From: a phage
NCBI GenBank assembly: GCA_014435945.1
Contig: GCA_014435945.1_4088.1
Strand: one strand, 5' to 3'
DNA length: 64,000 bases
The notes below the pieces were generated by a model. The model had not been told where the DNA came from. It saw nothing but the letters and a program-made list of their open reading frames with translations, and searched no databases. The first letter of the stretch is position 1. Every line of letters begins with the position of its first letter. Below, piece after piece: positions 15,848-25,614 of the stretch. Position numbers and translations under genes: made by a program.

Positions 15848-16177
15848 ATGAATAAAATTATTTTAGCTCTAACATTTATTTTATCAATGTTCTCTAATAC
15901 AGTACAGGCCGCTGATTATGAAGTATATCAATTTGATTGCAGATTACAAAACAATGATAAAATTGATATATTTTTACATAGCACAGAAATTCCGTATTTG
16001 CAAATTGAGTCCACAAAGTACATTTATTTTGGTGAGAATTCAGTACAGGAATTTTTATTCAAGCACACATCAGAAGATGTAATTGTATCATTACAATACG
16101 TTGATGCATCATTATCGTTAATGCATTTCAAGAACGCAAAAGGTTTAGTTACAGTGCTTAAATGCACAAGGGTATAA
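15848..16177 (+). CDS. predicted secreted/periplasmic protein (109 aa)
   Basis: Signal-peptide-like N-terminus MNKIILALTFILSMFSNTVQA-AD; AAGGAA RBS. Confidence 0.6.
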   Translation: MNKIILALTFILSMFSNTVQAADYEVYQFDCRLQNNDKIDIFLHSTEIPYLQIESTKYIYFGENSVQEFLFKHTSEDVIVSLQYVDASLSLMHFKNAKGLVTVLKCTRV

Positions 16178-16178
16178 T

Positions 16179-16739
16179 ATGAATGATATTGAGTTATTGG
16201 TACATAAGATTTGCACAATATCGTTAGTGCTGAACAATGCGAATACAGTACAGAGTTCCCTTTTAAGAATTAATAAAGTTGGGAGTAGTTTATATTTGGA
16301 AGTAAAAGCTGGTTTTGCAGGTCAGTACAATGATAAAATCAAAGAAGAAGTTAAGGGAAGTGAAGATGCTTTCATTGAGGTTTGTGCAACAGTTGGTTCA
16401 AATCCAATTTCAGTATCACCGTTAATGCGAAATGAAAATTCAGAATTTAATTCCATTTTTGAAGGTTATTTGTGGTATAATGCTGGAGATGATTATTTTA
16501 TATATCAGAATTCCAAAACGGATTACAGTGAAGAAGGTATAAAATTCATTGATCCTTACAATGAAGCAGAAGTATTTCAGACATCCCTAATATACAATGC
16601 AAATCAAATGAAGTATCTTATGTTGTTTAGTACAATGCATTTGAATCCATTGAAAGATAATTTAAAATTTTTCATTCGTTTAGAATTAGTTGATATTGCT
16701 TATGATCTTTTAATGCAAGGATACAGTTATGAAGTATAA
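16179..16739 (+). CDS. F2 paralog protein
   Basis: F2 module AEVFQTSLIYN; C-terminus DLLMQGYSYEV shared with 16816-17322. Confidence 0.6.
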   Translation: MNDIELLVHKICTISLVLNNANTVQSSLLRINKVGSSLYLEVKAGFAGQYNDKIKEEVKGSEDAFIEVCATVGSNPISVSPLMRNENSEFNSIFEGYLWYNAGDDYFIYQNSKTDYSEEGIKFIDPYNEAEVFQTSLIYNANQMKYLMLFSTMHLNPLKDNLKFFIRLELVDIAYDLLMQGYSYEV

Positions 16740-16809
16740 AATGCTTTATACAAAAGATATGATTTATGTTGAATTAGAAGGCAATGACGATGTATCCATC
16801 AATAGGTAA
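16729..16809 (+). pseudogene. truncated remnant of an MKYKMLYT-type F2 gene
   Basis: 26-codon ORF MKYKMLYTKDMIYVELEGNDDVSINR matches N-termini of 17312 and 17644 genes then stops. Confidence 0.5.
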
Positions 16810-16815
16810 TAATAT

Positions 16816-17322
16816 ATGAATGAGATAGAATTATTAGCACACAAGATTAGTACAGTAATGCTTATGCTCAAGAATAATCATTCTATGCATAAGTACATTT
16901 TTATAGGTGATTTACGCATAGAAGATAGATATGATAAATTATCGTTTATGTTTAAAGATGAAAGTAATGCAAAAGTTTGTTTTGCAGCATTTGCCCAAGG
17001 CAATCCAGAACAAGCATCTCCTGTTATATACGAAAATAGTGAAGGGTATTTGTGGGTCAACACAAACGATTATTTCTTTTATGTTTTGAAACAAGATGAT
17101 GAAGTAGAAGCACGAATTGATTTAATTGATATTAGTACAGATTGTAGTGCTGAATTATTTCAGAAATCGTTATTATACAGTCCTCGTCAAATACATTATC
17201 TAAAGTTATTCAGTTCATTGTACGCGAATCCTTTAATTAAGGGTTTTAAATTTTATATCAAAATTCCGCACCTTTCAAACGTTTATGATTTATTAATGCA
17301 AGGATATAGTTATGAAGTATAA
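16816..17322 (+). CDS. F2 paralog protein
   Basis: F2 module AELFQKSLLYS; paralog of 16179-16739. Confidence 0.6.
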   Translation: MNEIELLAHKISTVMLMLKNNHSMHKYIFIGDLRIEDRYDKLSFMFKDESNAKVCFAAFAQGNPEQASPVIYENSEGYLWVNTNDYFFYVLKQDDEVEARIDLIDISTDCSAELFQKSLLYSPRQIHYLKLFSSLYANPLIKGFKFYIKIPHLSNVYDLLMQGYSYEV

Positions 17323-17623
17323 AATGCTTTATACATTAACATTAATATATGTAGAATTAGAATCCGATTCAGATGCATGGAATTTGGTTAAAGAGGTCGA
17401 TACCAATCAATGGTACATGGCAAATTTAGACGCACAGGTTGTTACGGATTATTTTATAGATTTTAATACATTATCTGAAGAAGAATTTTTCCAAATGCAA
17501 TTGGTGGTTGACATGTACGGGCATGACATGGTAACATTACGAAATATACAGAAAGCCGTTAATGAAATCCAAAGCAAGAAAGATTATGAGGTAGGAGAGT
17601 ATTATGAGATCGACGTACAGTGA
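17312..17623 (+). CDS. F2 paralog protein
   Basis: F2 module EEEFFQMQLVVD then TLRNIQKAVNEIQ. Confidence 0.6.
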   Translation: MKYKMLYTLTLIYVELESDSDAWNLVKEVDTNQWYMANLDAQVVTDYFIDFNTLSEEEFFQMQLVVDMYGHDMVTLRNIQKAVNEIQSKKDYEVGEYYEIDVQ

Positions 17624-17643
17624 AAGCAATGAGTACAATAGTT

Positions 17644-17961
17644 ATGATATATAAAATGCTTTATACAGTATCGGGGATATATGTAGAATTAGAACCCGAT
17701 TATCCAGATGGATGGAATTTTATTAAACGCTCCGATAGAAATACATGGCAAATGGAACATTTGGATAATGACGTAATATTAGACAATTTTGTGGATTTTA
17801 ATACATTATCAGAAGAAGAATTCTTCCAAATGCAATGTGTGCTTGACACAAAAGGATTTGATGTGCTATTATTAAAGAATATACAGAAAGCTGTTAACGA
17901 ATTAATATCCAATGACGAGTTAGGCAAAGTGAGGCTGTTCCATGATCTCGAAGTACAATGA
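17644..17961 (+). CDS. F2 paralog protein
   Basis: F2 module EEEFFQMQCVLD; start MIYKMLYT by paralogy (track 17620). Confidence 0.55.
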   Translation: MIYKMLYTVSGIYVELEPDYPDGWNFIKRSDRNTWQMEHLDNDVILDNFVDFNTLSEEEFFQMQCVLDTKGFDVLLLKNIQKAVNELISNDELGKVRLFHDLEVQ

Positions 17962-18517
17962 AAGCAATGAGTACAATGAAATTCAGTACACCTACGCTAA
18001 TGCAATCCTTATGGGACAAAAGTTAGCTTGTATTGTTGCAGCCTTATATAATGCACAGAAAGATTACAAGCGTCACATCCACAAATGTATTGGTATTATT
18101 CCATCGAAGTACAATACATATATTGCGTGCACGAGTCATTTTGATAAACGATTCAATACACCTGATACCCCAAATGCCCATAGTGTTATTGGTCTTTTGG
18201 ATTTTGCCCCTGGTGCTGTTATTGGAAAGAATGATTTAGAGTACGCATGGTATAATAAAAATGCCCCGTTAGTAATGGTAAAATATGATACAGAAACGAA
18301 CAAAGCAATAGAGTACAATACATATAAATCAGAGGAAGAATTTTTCCAAGGTTCATTGCTTGTACCAGTGCGATTGTTATTTTATAATGTCATAATGAGT
18401 ACAGTACACGATAGTCCATTACACAAGAATCACAAAATTAATTTCAATTTTTGTGCTTATGCGATTGATGGTGTTTATGAGTGCTTAATGGAGGTATTGA
18501 GTTATGAAGCTGAATAA
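17942..18517 (+). CDS. F2 paralog protein
   Basis: F2 module EEEFFQGSLLVP. Confidence 0.55.
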   Translation: MISKYNESNEYNEIQYTYANAILMGQKLACIVAALYNAQKDYKRHIHKCIGIIPSKYNTYIACTSHFDKRFNTPDTPNAHSVIGLLDFAPGAVIGKNDLEYAWYNKNAPLVMVKYDTETNKAIEYNTYKSEEEFFQGSLLVPVRLLFYNVIMSTVHDSPLHKNHKINFNFCAYAIDGVYECLMEVLSYEAE

Positions 18518-18845
18518 TACATTTGATATTAAGAAGTTAAGAGAATGGTTTTATAGTATTGAAATTGAAGCCATTCCTTATCATAGATATGAACAAAGTG
18601 ATTTACAAAGTATTGATATCAGAGAGTTGTACAAATATTATCAGAGTGCATTAGAGATGCATAAGTTATTTTTGAGTACAAATTTCATCCTAAATTACAA
18701 TTTTGAGGAATTTAATAATTATAATTTAGTACAGAAATATGTAGTAGCAAAGTACATGTACAATCAAGGTATCAAAGGTTGCCTCGAATTCAATACCGTT
18801 CTTATTTTAGTTGAGGTAATTTTATGCACCGCATGTCTGATTTAG
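18504..18845 (+). CDS. hypothetical protein (113 aa)
   Basis: ORF in array without clear F2 motif. Confidence 0.5.
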   Translation: MKLNNTFDIKKLREWFYSIEIEAIPYHRYEQSDLQSIDIRELYKYYQSALEMHKLFLSTNFILNYNFEEFNNYNLVQKYVVAKYMYNQGIKGCLEFNTVLILVEVILCTACLI

Positions 18846-19321
18846 AGTTCAGTTTAGATGCAGCCTTTAAATTTGTTCACAAAATAGAAACAATATATCG
18901 TACATTATGTGCAATAACATCAGTATCAAAAGAGTTTGATGTTGGTGAAAGGTATCAGGTGTGGAATAATTCATTTTATAATAAAGAACATTCTGCGACG
19001 GCATTTTATATTTTAGCATTTAATCCCAGCAATTGTTACCCAGAGAAGCATGAACGTTATCCAAATGACGACATGTGGTTTGAGTACAAAGAAGATGCTG
19101 ATATGTCGTCAATTGTAGTTCCTGATGATTTTAATGCACAAGATTTAACAGAAGAGTGGTGGTTCCAGCAGAATTTAGTACATGATGATATTGATTTATT
19201 TTTCTATATAGTGTTTAAAATGCTTTATCACAACAATATAGTTAAAGAAAGTTTATCGTTTTCATGTCTATATATTGATGATTTGTACAATGAAATTCAA
19301 ATAAACATGCCTGTATCGTAA
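18824..19321 (+). CDS. F2 paralog protein
   Basis: F2 module EWWFQQNLVHDD; GAGG RBS. Confidence 0.6.
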   Translation: MHRMSDLEFSLDAAFKFVHKIETIYRTLCAITSVSKEFDVGERYQVWNNSFYNKEHSATAFYILAFNPSNCYPEKHERYPNDDMWFEYKEDADMSSIVVPDDFNAQDLTEEWWFQQNLVHDDIDLFFYIVFKMLYHNNIVKESLSFSCLYIDDLYNEIQINMPVS

Positions 19322-19339
19322 GATATGGGCTTTTTTTGT

Positions 19340-19368
19340 TTGACACGAGTACAAATGCATGGTACAAT
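19340..19368 (+). promoter_or_regulatory. sigma70-like promoter
   Basis: TTGACA 19340-19345, 17-nt spacer, TACAAT 19363-19368. Confidence 0.55.
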
Positions 19369-19394
19369 GTGTAATCATTTTTAAGGAGATACCT

Positions 19395-19943
19395 ATGGAA
19401 AATTTTAAAATACCAGATGATTTCAATTCAGTACAAGAGATGGTACACAAGGTTCATTACATTTTTAATGAATTAATTATTGCCAATTCATCCAGTATGC
19501 AAATTGAGTTAAAGGATATTGATAGAGAAGAAGTTTTTTTGGGTTCCCCAAATTCAATCATTCCTTTTTATGGTCAGGACCGTTTATGGTTCATGAGAGA
19601 TACCCCAATTGACAAATACAAAATACAAAACAAATCAGAGAATGATTTTTCTTATTATTATCTTAAAATTTCATTACAAGTACAAGATATTAGTGCAATG
19701 GGTGAAATAAGTGCAGAGGATTATTTTCAGTACAGTACATTGCATAGTCCAGAAGAAATCTTTGTTGCTATGCTCGTTGCAAAATTGAGCACAGTTGATT
19801 TTGGGACATACCCACATAAATCATTCAAGATTATTATTCCTGCATTCGTCGATCTTTATGATTTCATTGTGCACAAGAAAGAAAGTACAGTGTACGATAT
19901 GTATCGTTCAAATTTCAGTATGATTACAGGGGCATTAAAATGA
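19395..19943 (+). CDS. F2 paralog protein
   Basis: F2 module EDYFQYSTLHS; AAGGAG 7 nt before ATG 19395 (track 19359). Confidence 0.6.
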   Translation: MENFKIPDDFNSVQEMVHKVHYIFNELIIANSSSMQIELKDIDREEVFLGSPNSIIPFYGQDRLWFMRDTPIDKYKIQNKSENDFSYYYLKISLQVQDISAMGEISAEDYFQYSTLHSPEEIFVAMLVAKLSTVDFGTYPHKSFKIIIPAFVDLYDFIVHKKESTVYDMYRSNFSMITGALK

Positions 19944-20548
19944 ACATAGATCAATTAATGAAGTACAGTACAAATGCAATTCCAGTGCTAAGTAAAGCAT
20001 TAGATGCATTCAATGCTAAGTACCCTGAAGGTTCAGAGTTAAATATTCCTTTTACCACAGAGGGGATTGTTGATACGTACATTGTAAACATCAGTAGTAC
20101 AGGTATTGTTTTGAAGCAGAAGTACGGCGAAGGTGAATATTATGGATTGAAGCTGGATAATATTTCAGGAGAGAAAACACCTTATGAGTTTTGGGTTCCG
20201 AATAACATTGAGTCATGGAAAACAAATATTAATAAGAGAGACGAAAGAAATTTACCTCTTGTACAAAATAATGAAAAAAGAATTGACGTATTTTATTATT
20301 ACAGTACAGACCAGTTTCCAGAAGAGATTTATTTAAATTCAGAGGTGCATGAAGATATTGAATCATTTTTCTTTCAGTTATCATTGGTACAGGATATCAT
20401 GCCTGTGCAAATGTTCAGGGATGAAATAAATTTAGCGAAAGAGATTTCGGATATGTTACCTGAATTTAGTGTTCTTTATGGTAGTAGAGCTTTACCTGAA
20501 AATGTATACAAAGAATTTATTTCCATTGTTAAAGGGTTGAATATATAA
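19940..20548 (+). CDS. F2 paralog protein
   Basis: F2 module ESFFFQLSLVQD; ATGA overlap. Confidence 0.6.
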   Translation: MNIDQLMKYSTNAIPVLSKALDAFNAKYPEGSELNIPFTTEGIVDTYIVNISSTGIVLKQKYGEGEYYGLKLDNISGEKTPYEFWVPNNIESWKTNINKRDERNLPLVQNNEKRIDVFYYYSTDQFPEEIYLNSEVHEDIESFFFQLSLVQDIMPVQMFRDEINLAKEISDMLPEFSVLYGSRALPENVYKEFISIVKGLNI

Positions 20549-20549
20549 T

Positions 20550-20744
20550 ATGACCGCCTATGATATCAAACAAAGGCATACGAAGTTTGATTTGTTCACA
20601 TACCAATTCCACAATGATATAGTGAATTTTAACATCAATGCGTCATTGCATCCTACATCACAAGATGATTTTGACAACAGAGTGCTTAACATAGTGGTGC
20701 TTTTGTGTTATAATCATTTCAGTGAATATTTTAACACAAGATAA
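20550..20744 (+). CDS. small hypothetical protein (64 aa)
   Basis: ORF directly after upstream stop. Confidence 0.5.
   Translation: MTAYDIKQRHTKFDLFTYQFHNDIVNFNINASLHPTSQDDFDNRVLNIVVLLCYNHFSEYFNTR
20686..20714 (+). promoter_or_regulatory. candidate extended -10 promoter
   Basis: TTAACA 20686-20691, 17-nt spacer, TGtTATAAT with hexamer 20709-20714. Confidence 0.4.
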
Positions 20745-20757
20745 GGTTGAGGCACAC

Positions 20758-21276
20758 ATGTATCAGGCCAAGTACAATACATCATATGTATTTGCACACA
20801 ACATTTTGAAGATCATCAAAGCGTTAGAGGGTGGATTGCTTAGTCATAAGTACACCAAAGTAGGTGACAATTGGTTCAGAAATGATGATGAGTTCAGAAG
20901 TCATAAGATTGTTTACAGCAATAATTACAGTGCCAATTACCTTCAGGATGTTGCTATGTGCTTCGAATACGTGTTACAGTTCAGGGGTTCCATCAGTCCA
21001 GAGCTAAGAGAACACATGTACATTCGATACCTACCAATGCTTAAGGATGAGAAATCAATATTCAATTCAGTACACCACAGAGTACGAGAGAGAACATTCA
21101 GGGATATTTTAGAAGATGAAGCTGCCTATTTTCAGCAATCATTGATTGATGCTCCTGATGTGTTACAGATGCAGAATTTGTATAATGTATTAGATGCGAA
21201 CATCGATACGGATATCTTTTTTTCCTTAAGTGATTATGAAACATTTTTGGAAGATTTAAAGGAAATAGGATTATGA
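20758..21276 (+). CDS. F2 paralog protein
   Basis: F2 module AAYFQQSLIDA; ATG 20758 after AAGGTTGAGG (track GTG 20722). Confidence 0.6.
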   Translation: MYQAKYNTSYVFAHNILKIIKALEGGLLSHKYTKVGDNWFRNDDEFRSHKIVYSNNYSANYLQDVAMCFEYVLQFRGSISPELREHMYIRYLPMLKDEKSIFNSVHHRVRERTFRDILEDEAAYFQQSLIDAPDVLQMQNLYNVLDANIDTDIFFSLSDYETFLEDLKEIGL

Positions 21277-21617
21277 GTAGATTTTCAGTGTATATAGTGA
21301 ACGTCAGTAAAGATGGTAGTTTAATTGAATTTGATGTAGTTGATAACAATGATAATTCATATGGTATTAAGGTACAGGACAATGATGTACAGTTCAGTAC
21401 AAGGACAAATTTTGAGAATCCAGTCCAAGTTCCGAATTTCATAGAAGATGAAGCTGCACGATTCCAATACGAAACGGCCTTTGATAATGTAGCGATGCAT
21501 ATTATTATGCAACAAAGTTTAGTTCAATTGCTTCAGGTATTCAGACAAAATATATATATACATGAAGTGTCGATTAATGGCATTCAAAGTTCCGTTTTGT
21601 TCGGTACAAATATGTAA
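21273..21617 (+). CDS. F2 paralog protein
   Basis: F2 module AARFQYETAFD; ATGA overlap. Confidence 0.55.
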   Translation: MSRFSVYIVNVSKDGSLIEFDVVDNNDNSYGIKVQDNDVQFSTRTNFENPVQVPNFIEDEAARFQYETAFDNVAMHIIMQQSLVQLLQVFRQNIYIHEVSINGIQSSVLFGTNM

Positions 21618-21627
21618 GGAAAGTACA

Positions 21628-22182
21628 ATGAGTTCAATGAGTTTATTAGATACATTAGAAAAAGACAGAAGTGCCATTAAGAGATTAAAAAATCTTGTCC
21701 AGAGCATTGCGAACAACGCTGAGAAGTTCAGTGACAATCTTAGTATAGGTGATATAACCAGTACAGGAATAAAATCCCTGAAGTCAGATTTATTAATTCA
21801 TAAGGAAGATAAATTATTATTTGTATTGAGTTCAGATTTAATGGTTGCAAGTAATGGTTTCAATTCGATATCAACACAAGATGGTAGCACAGGATTATAT
21901 CTATCACAGGGTGTCCAGACGAACGAACAAAAGTGTTTTAGTTCAGGAGTACAGAATCCCTTTAAGTTCAGTACAGAACAAGCTACAGAGCTTTTAGATG
22001 CATCAGAAGAGATGTTATTTCAGTACAAAACGGTTCATACAGATTTTGAATTACGATGCATGTACGCTGTTAAGCATTATGTTCAGGAGTTCGAGGATTT
22101 AAGTTATCTTTTAGTTCGAACGAATACAAAGAACATTGGTGCATTAGAAGATTACATTTCAAAAGTTGTTAAAGGGTGCTAA
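21628..22182 (+). CDS. F2 paralog protein
   Basis: F2 module EMLFQYKTVHTD; ATG 21628 after AAGGAAAG (track 21562). Confidence 0.55.
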   Translation: MSSMSLLDTLEKDRSAIKRLKNLVQSIANNAEKFSDNLSIGDITSTGIKSLKSDLLIHKEDKLLFVLSSDLMVASNGFNSISTQDGSTGLYLSQGVQTNEQKCFSSGVQNPFKFSTEQATELLDASEEMLFQYKTVHTDFELRCMYAVKHYVQEFEDLSYLLVRTNTKNIGALEDYISKVVKGC

Positions 22183-22191
22183 AGGGTGCTG

Positions 22192-22353
22192 ATGAAAGAG
22201 TTATTTGAAGAACAGTTCGATACATATGTGGATAATATTCTTTATTCTAGCCGTGCTAGTCAACGAGGAAATCGTGCTTACAACATAGATTACCTATTAA
22301 CGGTGCTGAGTTCACAGTACACCTACGCTGTACAGAGGACATATTATGAATAA
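22192..22353 (+). CDS. small hypothetical protein (53 aa)
   Basis: Unlisted small ORF filling gap; begins after a 10-bp tandem duplication AAAGGGTGCT x2. Confidence 0.35.
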   Translation: MKELFEEQFDTYVDNILYSSRASQRGNRAYNIDYLLTVLSSQYTYAVQRTYYE

Positions 22354-22549
22354 TTTTAGAGATGTTGCAAAGGAGAAGTTCAAGTGCAGTTTAGATTACG
22401 GTTTAAATGATTTTCTTACATGCACAATGTACAGGAATGATGATTATGAGCAATCCGTAATTTCGTTGCACAGATATTTCGAAATAATTTATGCAAGATA
22501 TCTTAGAAGGTTAGATGGGATAGGGGATTGGAATTATGATTACGTTTGA
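22346..22549 (+). CDS. small hypothetical protein (67 aa)
   Basis: ORF in array; no family motif. Confidence 0.5.
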   Translation: MNNFRDVAKEKFKCSLDYGLNDFLTCTMYRNDDYEQSVISLHRYFEIIYARYLRRLDGIGDWNYDYV

Positions 22550-22760
22550 AGAGCCGGAAGTGGTATATTGCTTTAGTGTGAAAGGTTTTGAATACATGAT
22601 GGATTCGATTTTGAAGGATACATATTTGGTTCAGATTGAAGTTACAGATAATACAGATAATGCATTACAACGAGTATTGAATATATACGAGAGGACGAGT
22701 CGAAGGCTTTGTGCAATGAAAAGGATTGAAGAAATCAAGCTTTCTAGGCTGAATAAATAG
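22536..22760 (+). CDS. small hypothetical protein (74 aa)
   Basis: ORF overlapping upstream stop. Confidence 0.5.
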   Translation: MITFEEPEVVYCFSVKGFEYMMDSILKDTYLVQIEVTDNTDNALQRVLNIYERTSRRLCAMKRIEEIKLSRLNK

Positions 22761-22957
22761 AGACGTTTCGTTTTCACAGGCCGCAGGAGGGGGGTCAAAA
22801 AAATTTTCGCTGAAAAACATGTTAAGGTATATGTTTAATATAAAGTTTTAAAATGTGTTCACAGAGTACAGTTCATGTTTCCTGAAACAAAAAATACCCC
22901 GCCGCGAACGTTCTCCTTATATTGGAGTTTACCTTATTAATTACAGTTGAGATTAAG

Positions 22958-23335
22958 ATGGAAATAAAATATAAAGAATTTTGTATAGGGACATGGATGT
23001 ACACGGGTGAGTTGATTACGTGTTGTAATTTGTACAAAGGTGATTTAAACTACACAAGGGGCAAGGTTATAAAGTTCTGGAATTCACAATTTTATTTAAT
23101 GGATCTTGGTACTGGATTTAGTTGTAAAGCAACCGATATGCTGGACTATACCTTAATGGATGATGCTGCACTATTTCAGGAGTCATTAGTATTTGACAAG
23201 AAGTACATCTGTACATTAGAAGAGATTGTTGAAATCCAGCGTAGAATTAAATGTATTCACAGGGAATGTATAGATAAATGGTGTAAAACTGGTGAAACTA
23301 ATTTTAGTAATCATTTCAATCTAGGGGAAGAGTGA
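22958..23335 (+). CDS. F2 paralog protein
   Basis: F2 module AALFQESLVFDKKYICTLEEIVEIQRR; ATG 22958 (track TTG 22922). Confidence 0.55.
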   Translation: MEIKYKEFCIGTWMYTGELITCCNLYKGDLNYTRGKVIKFWNSQFYLMDLGTGFSCKATDMLDYTLMDDAALFQESLVFDKKYICTLEEIVEIQRRIKCIHRECIDKWCKTGETNFSNHFNLGEE

Positions 23336-23691
23336 TGGAATTTGATTTTGTAATATCAGTACATTCTTTTAAGAACAGTTTTCAGTACTTTTGTAATTTA
23401 AACAAAGGTGATTTAATGCACAGTGCAAATGAGTATATTCATTACACTCAGGGTAAATTTACATTCATTGATTACAGTTCATTACAGTATCCGCATCAGG
23501 ATATGCCGGATTATACAGTACTTGATGAGGCTGAACTATTTCAGGAGTCATTAGTATTTGATAAGAAGTACTTGTGTACATTTGAAGAAGTAATTGCAAT
23601 ACAAAATGAAATGAAAGAGTATGACTCTTTGAATAAAGGCAATGTCAGTATTAATCAAGAATACAAATTCAATATAGGAATTCCAGAATGA
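23332..23691 (+). CDS. F2 paralog protein
   Basis: F2 module AELFQESLVFDKKYLCTFEEVIAIQNE; tandem triplet member. Confidence 0.6.
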   Translation: MMEFDFVISVHSFKNSFQYFCNLNKGDLMHSANEYIHYTQGKFTFIDYSSLQYPHQDMPDYTVLDEAELFQESLVFDKKYLCTFEEVIAIQNEMKEYDSLNKGNVSINQEYKFNIGIPE

Positions 23692-24032
23692 CATTTGATT
23701 TTTCTATGTTTATACCTAAGATTAGTACTTCACTGGAAGTGTATTGCAATCTTAACAAAGGTGATTATGAACACAAAATGGATCAGTACATTAAATTTAA
23801 TGGTTCTTACTTTAGCTTCATTGATTATCAGACCAAAGGAACAGTTGTAGAAAATATGAAAGACTATACAACAGTACAGGGTGAGGCTGAAATATTTCAA
23901 GAGTCATTAATATTTGACAAGAAGTACTTGTGTACACTAGAGGAAGTAATTGAACTCCAACAGAAGATGAAAGAATATAGAAGAATCTGTATAGAGACTG
24001 ATTCCAAAGATAGGTATTGTTTTAAGCTATGA
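23688..24032 (+). CDS. F2 paralog protein
   Basis: F2 module AEIFQESLIFDKKYLCTLEEVIELQQK; tandem triplet member. Confidence 0.6.
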   Translation: MTFDFSMFIPKISTSLEVYCNLNKGDYEHKMDQYIKFNGSYFSFIDYQTKGTVVENMKDYTTVQGEAEIFQESLIFDKKYLCTLEEVIELQQKMKEYRRICIETDSKDRYCFKL

Positions 24033-24214
24033 ATAAAAAAGAACAAATGGAATCATTCATGAATACAATGCTTCGACGATTCGTAATTGATATTAGACAT
24101 AACAACAGCATTAGGAATGACATGTACTTCGGTACATATGATATTAGTGAATTGTATATAGCTAATATTCACATGGTGTACCGAGATTATATCAAGACAC
24201 AACACAGGAGTTGA
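24029..24214 (+). CDS. small hypothetical protein (61 aa)
   Basis: ATGA overlap with upstream gene. Confidence 0.5.
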   Translation: MNKKEQMESFMNTMLRRFVIDIRHNNSIRNDMYFGTYDISELYIANIHMVYRDYIKTQHRS

Positions 24215-24215
24215 T

Positions 24216-24686
24216 ATGAGTTTTGCAAGAGCATTAGAAATTGCTAAGTTAATTGATTTATGTAAAAAGGAAATAGTACTCAATCGACTCAATGGGTATC
24301 TATTCAAGGAAGGTAAAGCTTATTGTCGAATGATATACGATGACAGTAGTGAGTACATTCACATGTACGAAGAAAACTTAGATTCTTCTGAAACAACACT
24401 CACTGGGTGTGATGTTAATCTGGAAGATAATTACATGTACTTCTGTCGTGATGCTGATATTTTAATACAATATACTGACATTATAACTGGTGCAGCAGAA
24501 AAACATCTTCCGTATTCAGTACTGGATAATGACTGGGGAAGTGAAGAGTTCTACTTCCAGCAGAATACTATCTACGAGGAATATGTGCTTGACAAGCTTG
24601 TCATTCTGTGGTACTTTAATAATACCGATTGTCCTAGCTTCTATCTGGACTTGGATCTACTACGAGTTATTAAAGAGGATATATGA
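24216..24686 (+). CDS. F2 paralog protein
   Basis: F2 module EEFYFQQNTIYEE; first of four similar genes (LVILWYF). Confidence 0.6.
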   Translation: MSFARALEIAKLIDLCKKEIVLNRLNGYLFKEGKAYCRMIYDDSSEYIHMYEENLDSSETTLTGCDVNLEDNYMYFCRDADILIQYTDIITGAAEKHLPYSVLDNDWGSEEFYFQQNTIYEEYVLDKLVILWYFNNTDCPSFYLDLDLLRVIKEDI

Positions 24687-25123
24687 GTTTAGCAAGTGCA
24701 CTTAAACTGGCACACAAAATACATCACTTCCACGATAACATAAAAAGTGGTTTCTATGGTGATAAAGTAAGTGCATTTGGTAATGAGTATTATCTATCAG
24801 GTATAAAGACATACTCTGATGATATTTTACTTATGGGCCATGATAAAGACAATACTATACAGTACTCTTCATGTAGTCAATATACTAGTTTTTTTGTATA
24901 TATTCCAGGTACTAAGATTACTTTTGACACATCAAATACACCTGTTGACTTCGGGGTACTTGATGGGCCGTGGGGTACTGAAGAGTATTACTTCCAACAG
25001 AGTCTTATTTTTAACCAAGAAATGCTTGATTCCTTGGTTGTTTTGTGGTACTTTAAGGAATTGAATTTTGAACCCTTCTTCCTTGACTGGGGAGCATGTG
25101 AATATTTAAGTACAGGGGATTAG
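24683..25123 (+). CDS. F2 paralog protein
   Basis: F2 module EEYYFQQSLIFNQ. Confidence 0.6.
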   Translation: MSLASALKLAHKIHHFHDNIKSGFYGDKVSAFGNEYYLSGIKTYSDDILLMGHDKDNTIQYSSCSQYTSFFVYIPGTKITFDTSNTPVDFGVLDGPWGTEEYYFQQSLIFNQEMLDSLVVLWYFKELNFEPFFLDWGACEYLSTGD

Positions 25124-25125
25124 TA

Positions 25126-25614
25126 ATGTCATTACAAAGTGCATTGAAAGAAGCAAAGAAGATTCATGAGTACATGATTATGGTACAAGAAGGTTCAGTG
25201 CCTGGTGTGTATAAAACATCTGATACTGAATTTTTTGTAAAAGACCGCGACGATTATGATGAGTCAGAGATACATGCAGAAACGTTAGTACTACACACTG
25301 ATACGGGTGATACTGATGACTGTGAATATCATATGTACAATCAGTACATTAGTTATTGTAGAGATGAAGATATTATAATTTACAGCCCTGATTACGATGA
25401 TTATGACACAATCATTCCGTATTCAGTACTGGAAGGTCCGTGGGATAGTGAAGAATATTACTTCCAGAACAGTACTGTGTACAATGAAGAAGAATTAGAT
25501 GTTATTGTAATTATGTGGTACTTTAAAAGTATTGGTTCTGGTAGTTTCTATTTCGATTATGAATACGTAGAGAATACTGTAGGGGAAGATAATGTCATTA
25601 CGAAGTGCTCTTGA
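25126..25614 (+). CDS. F2 paralog protein
   Basis: F2 module EEYYFQNSTVYNEE. Confidence 0.6.
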   Translation: MSLQSALKEAKKIHEYMIMVQEGSVPGVYKTSDTEFFVKDRDDYDESEIHAETLVLHTDTGDTDDCEYHMYNQYISYCRDEDIIIYSPDYDDYDTIIPYSVLEGPWDSEEYYFQNSTVYNEEELDVIVIMWYFKSIGSGSFYFDYEYVENTVGEDNVITKCS

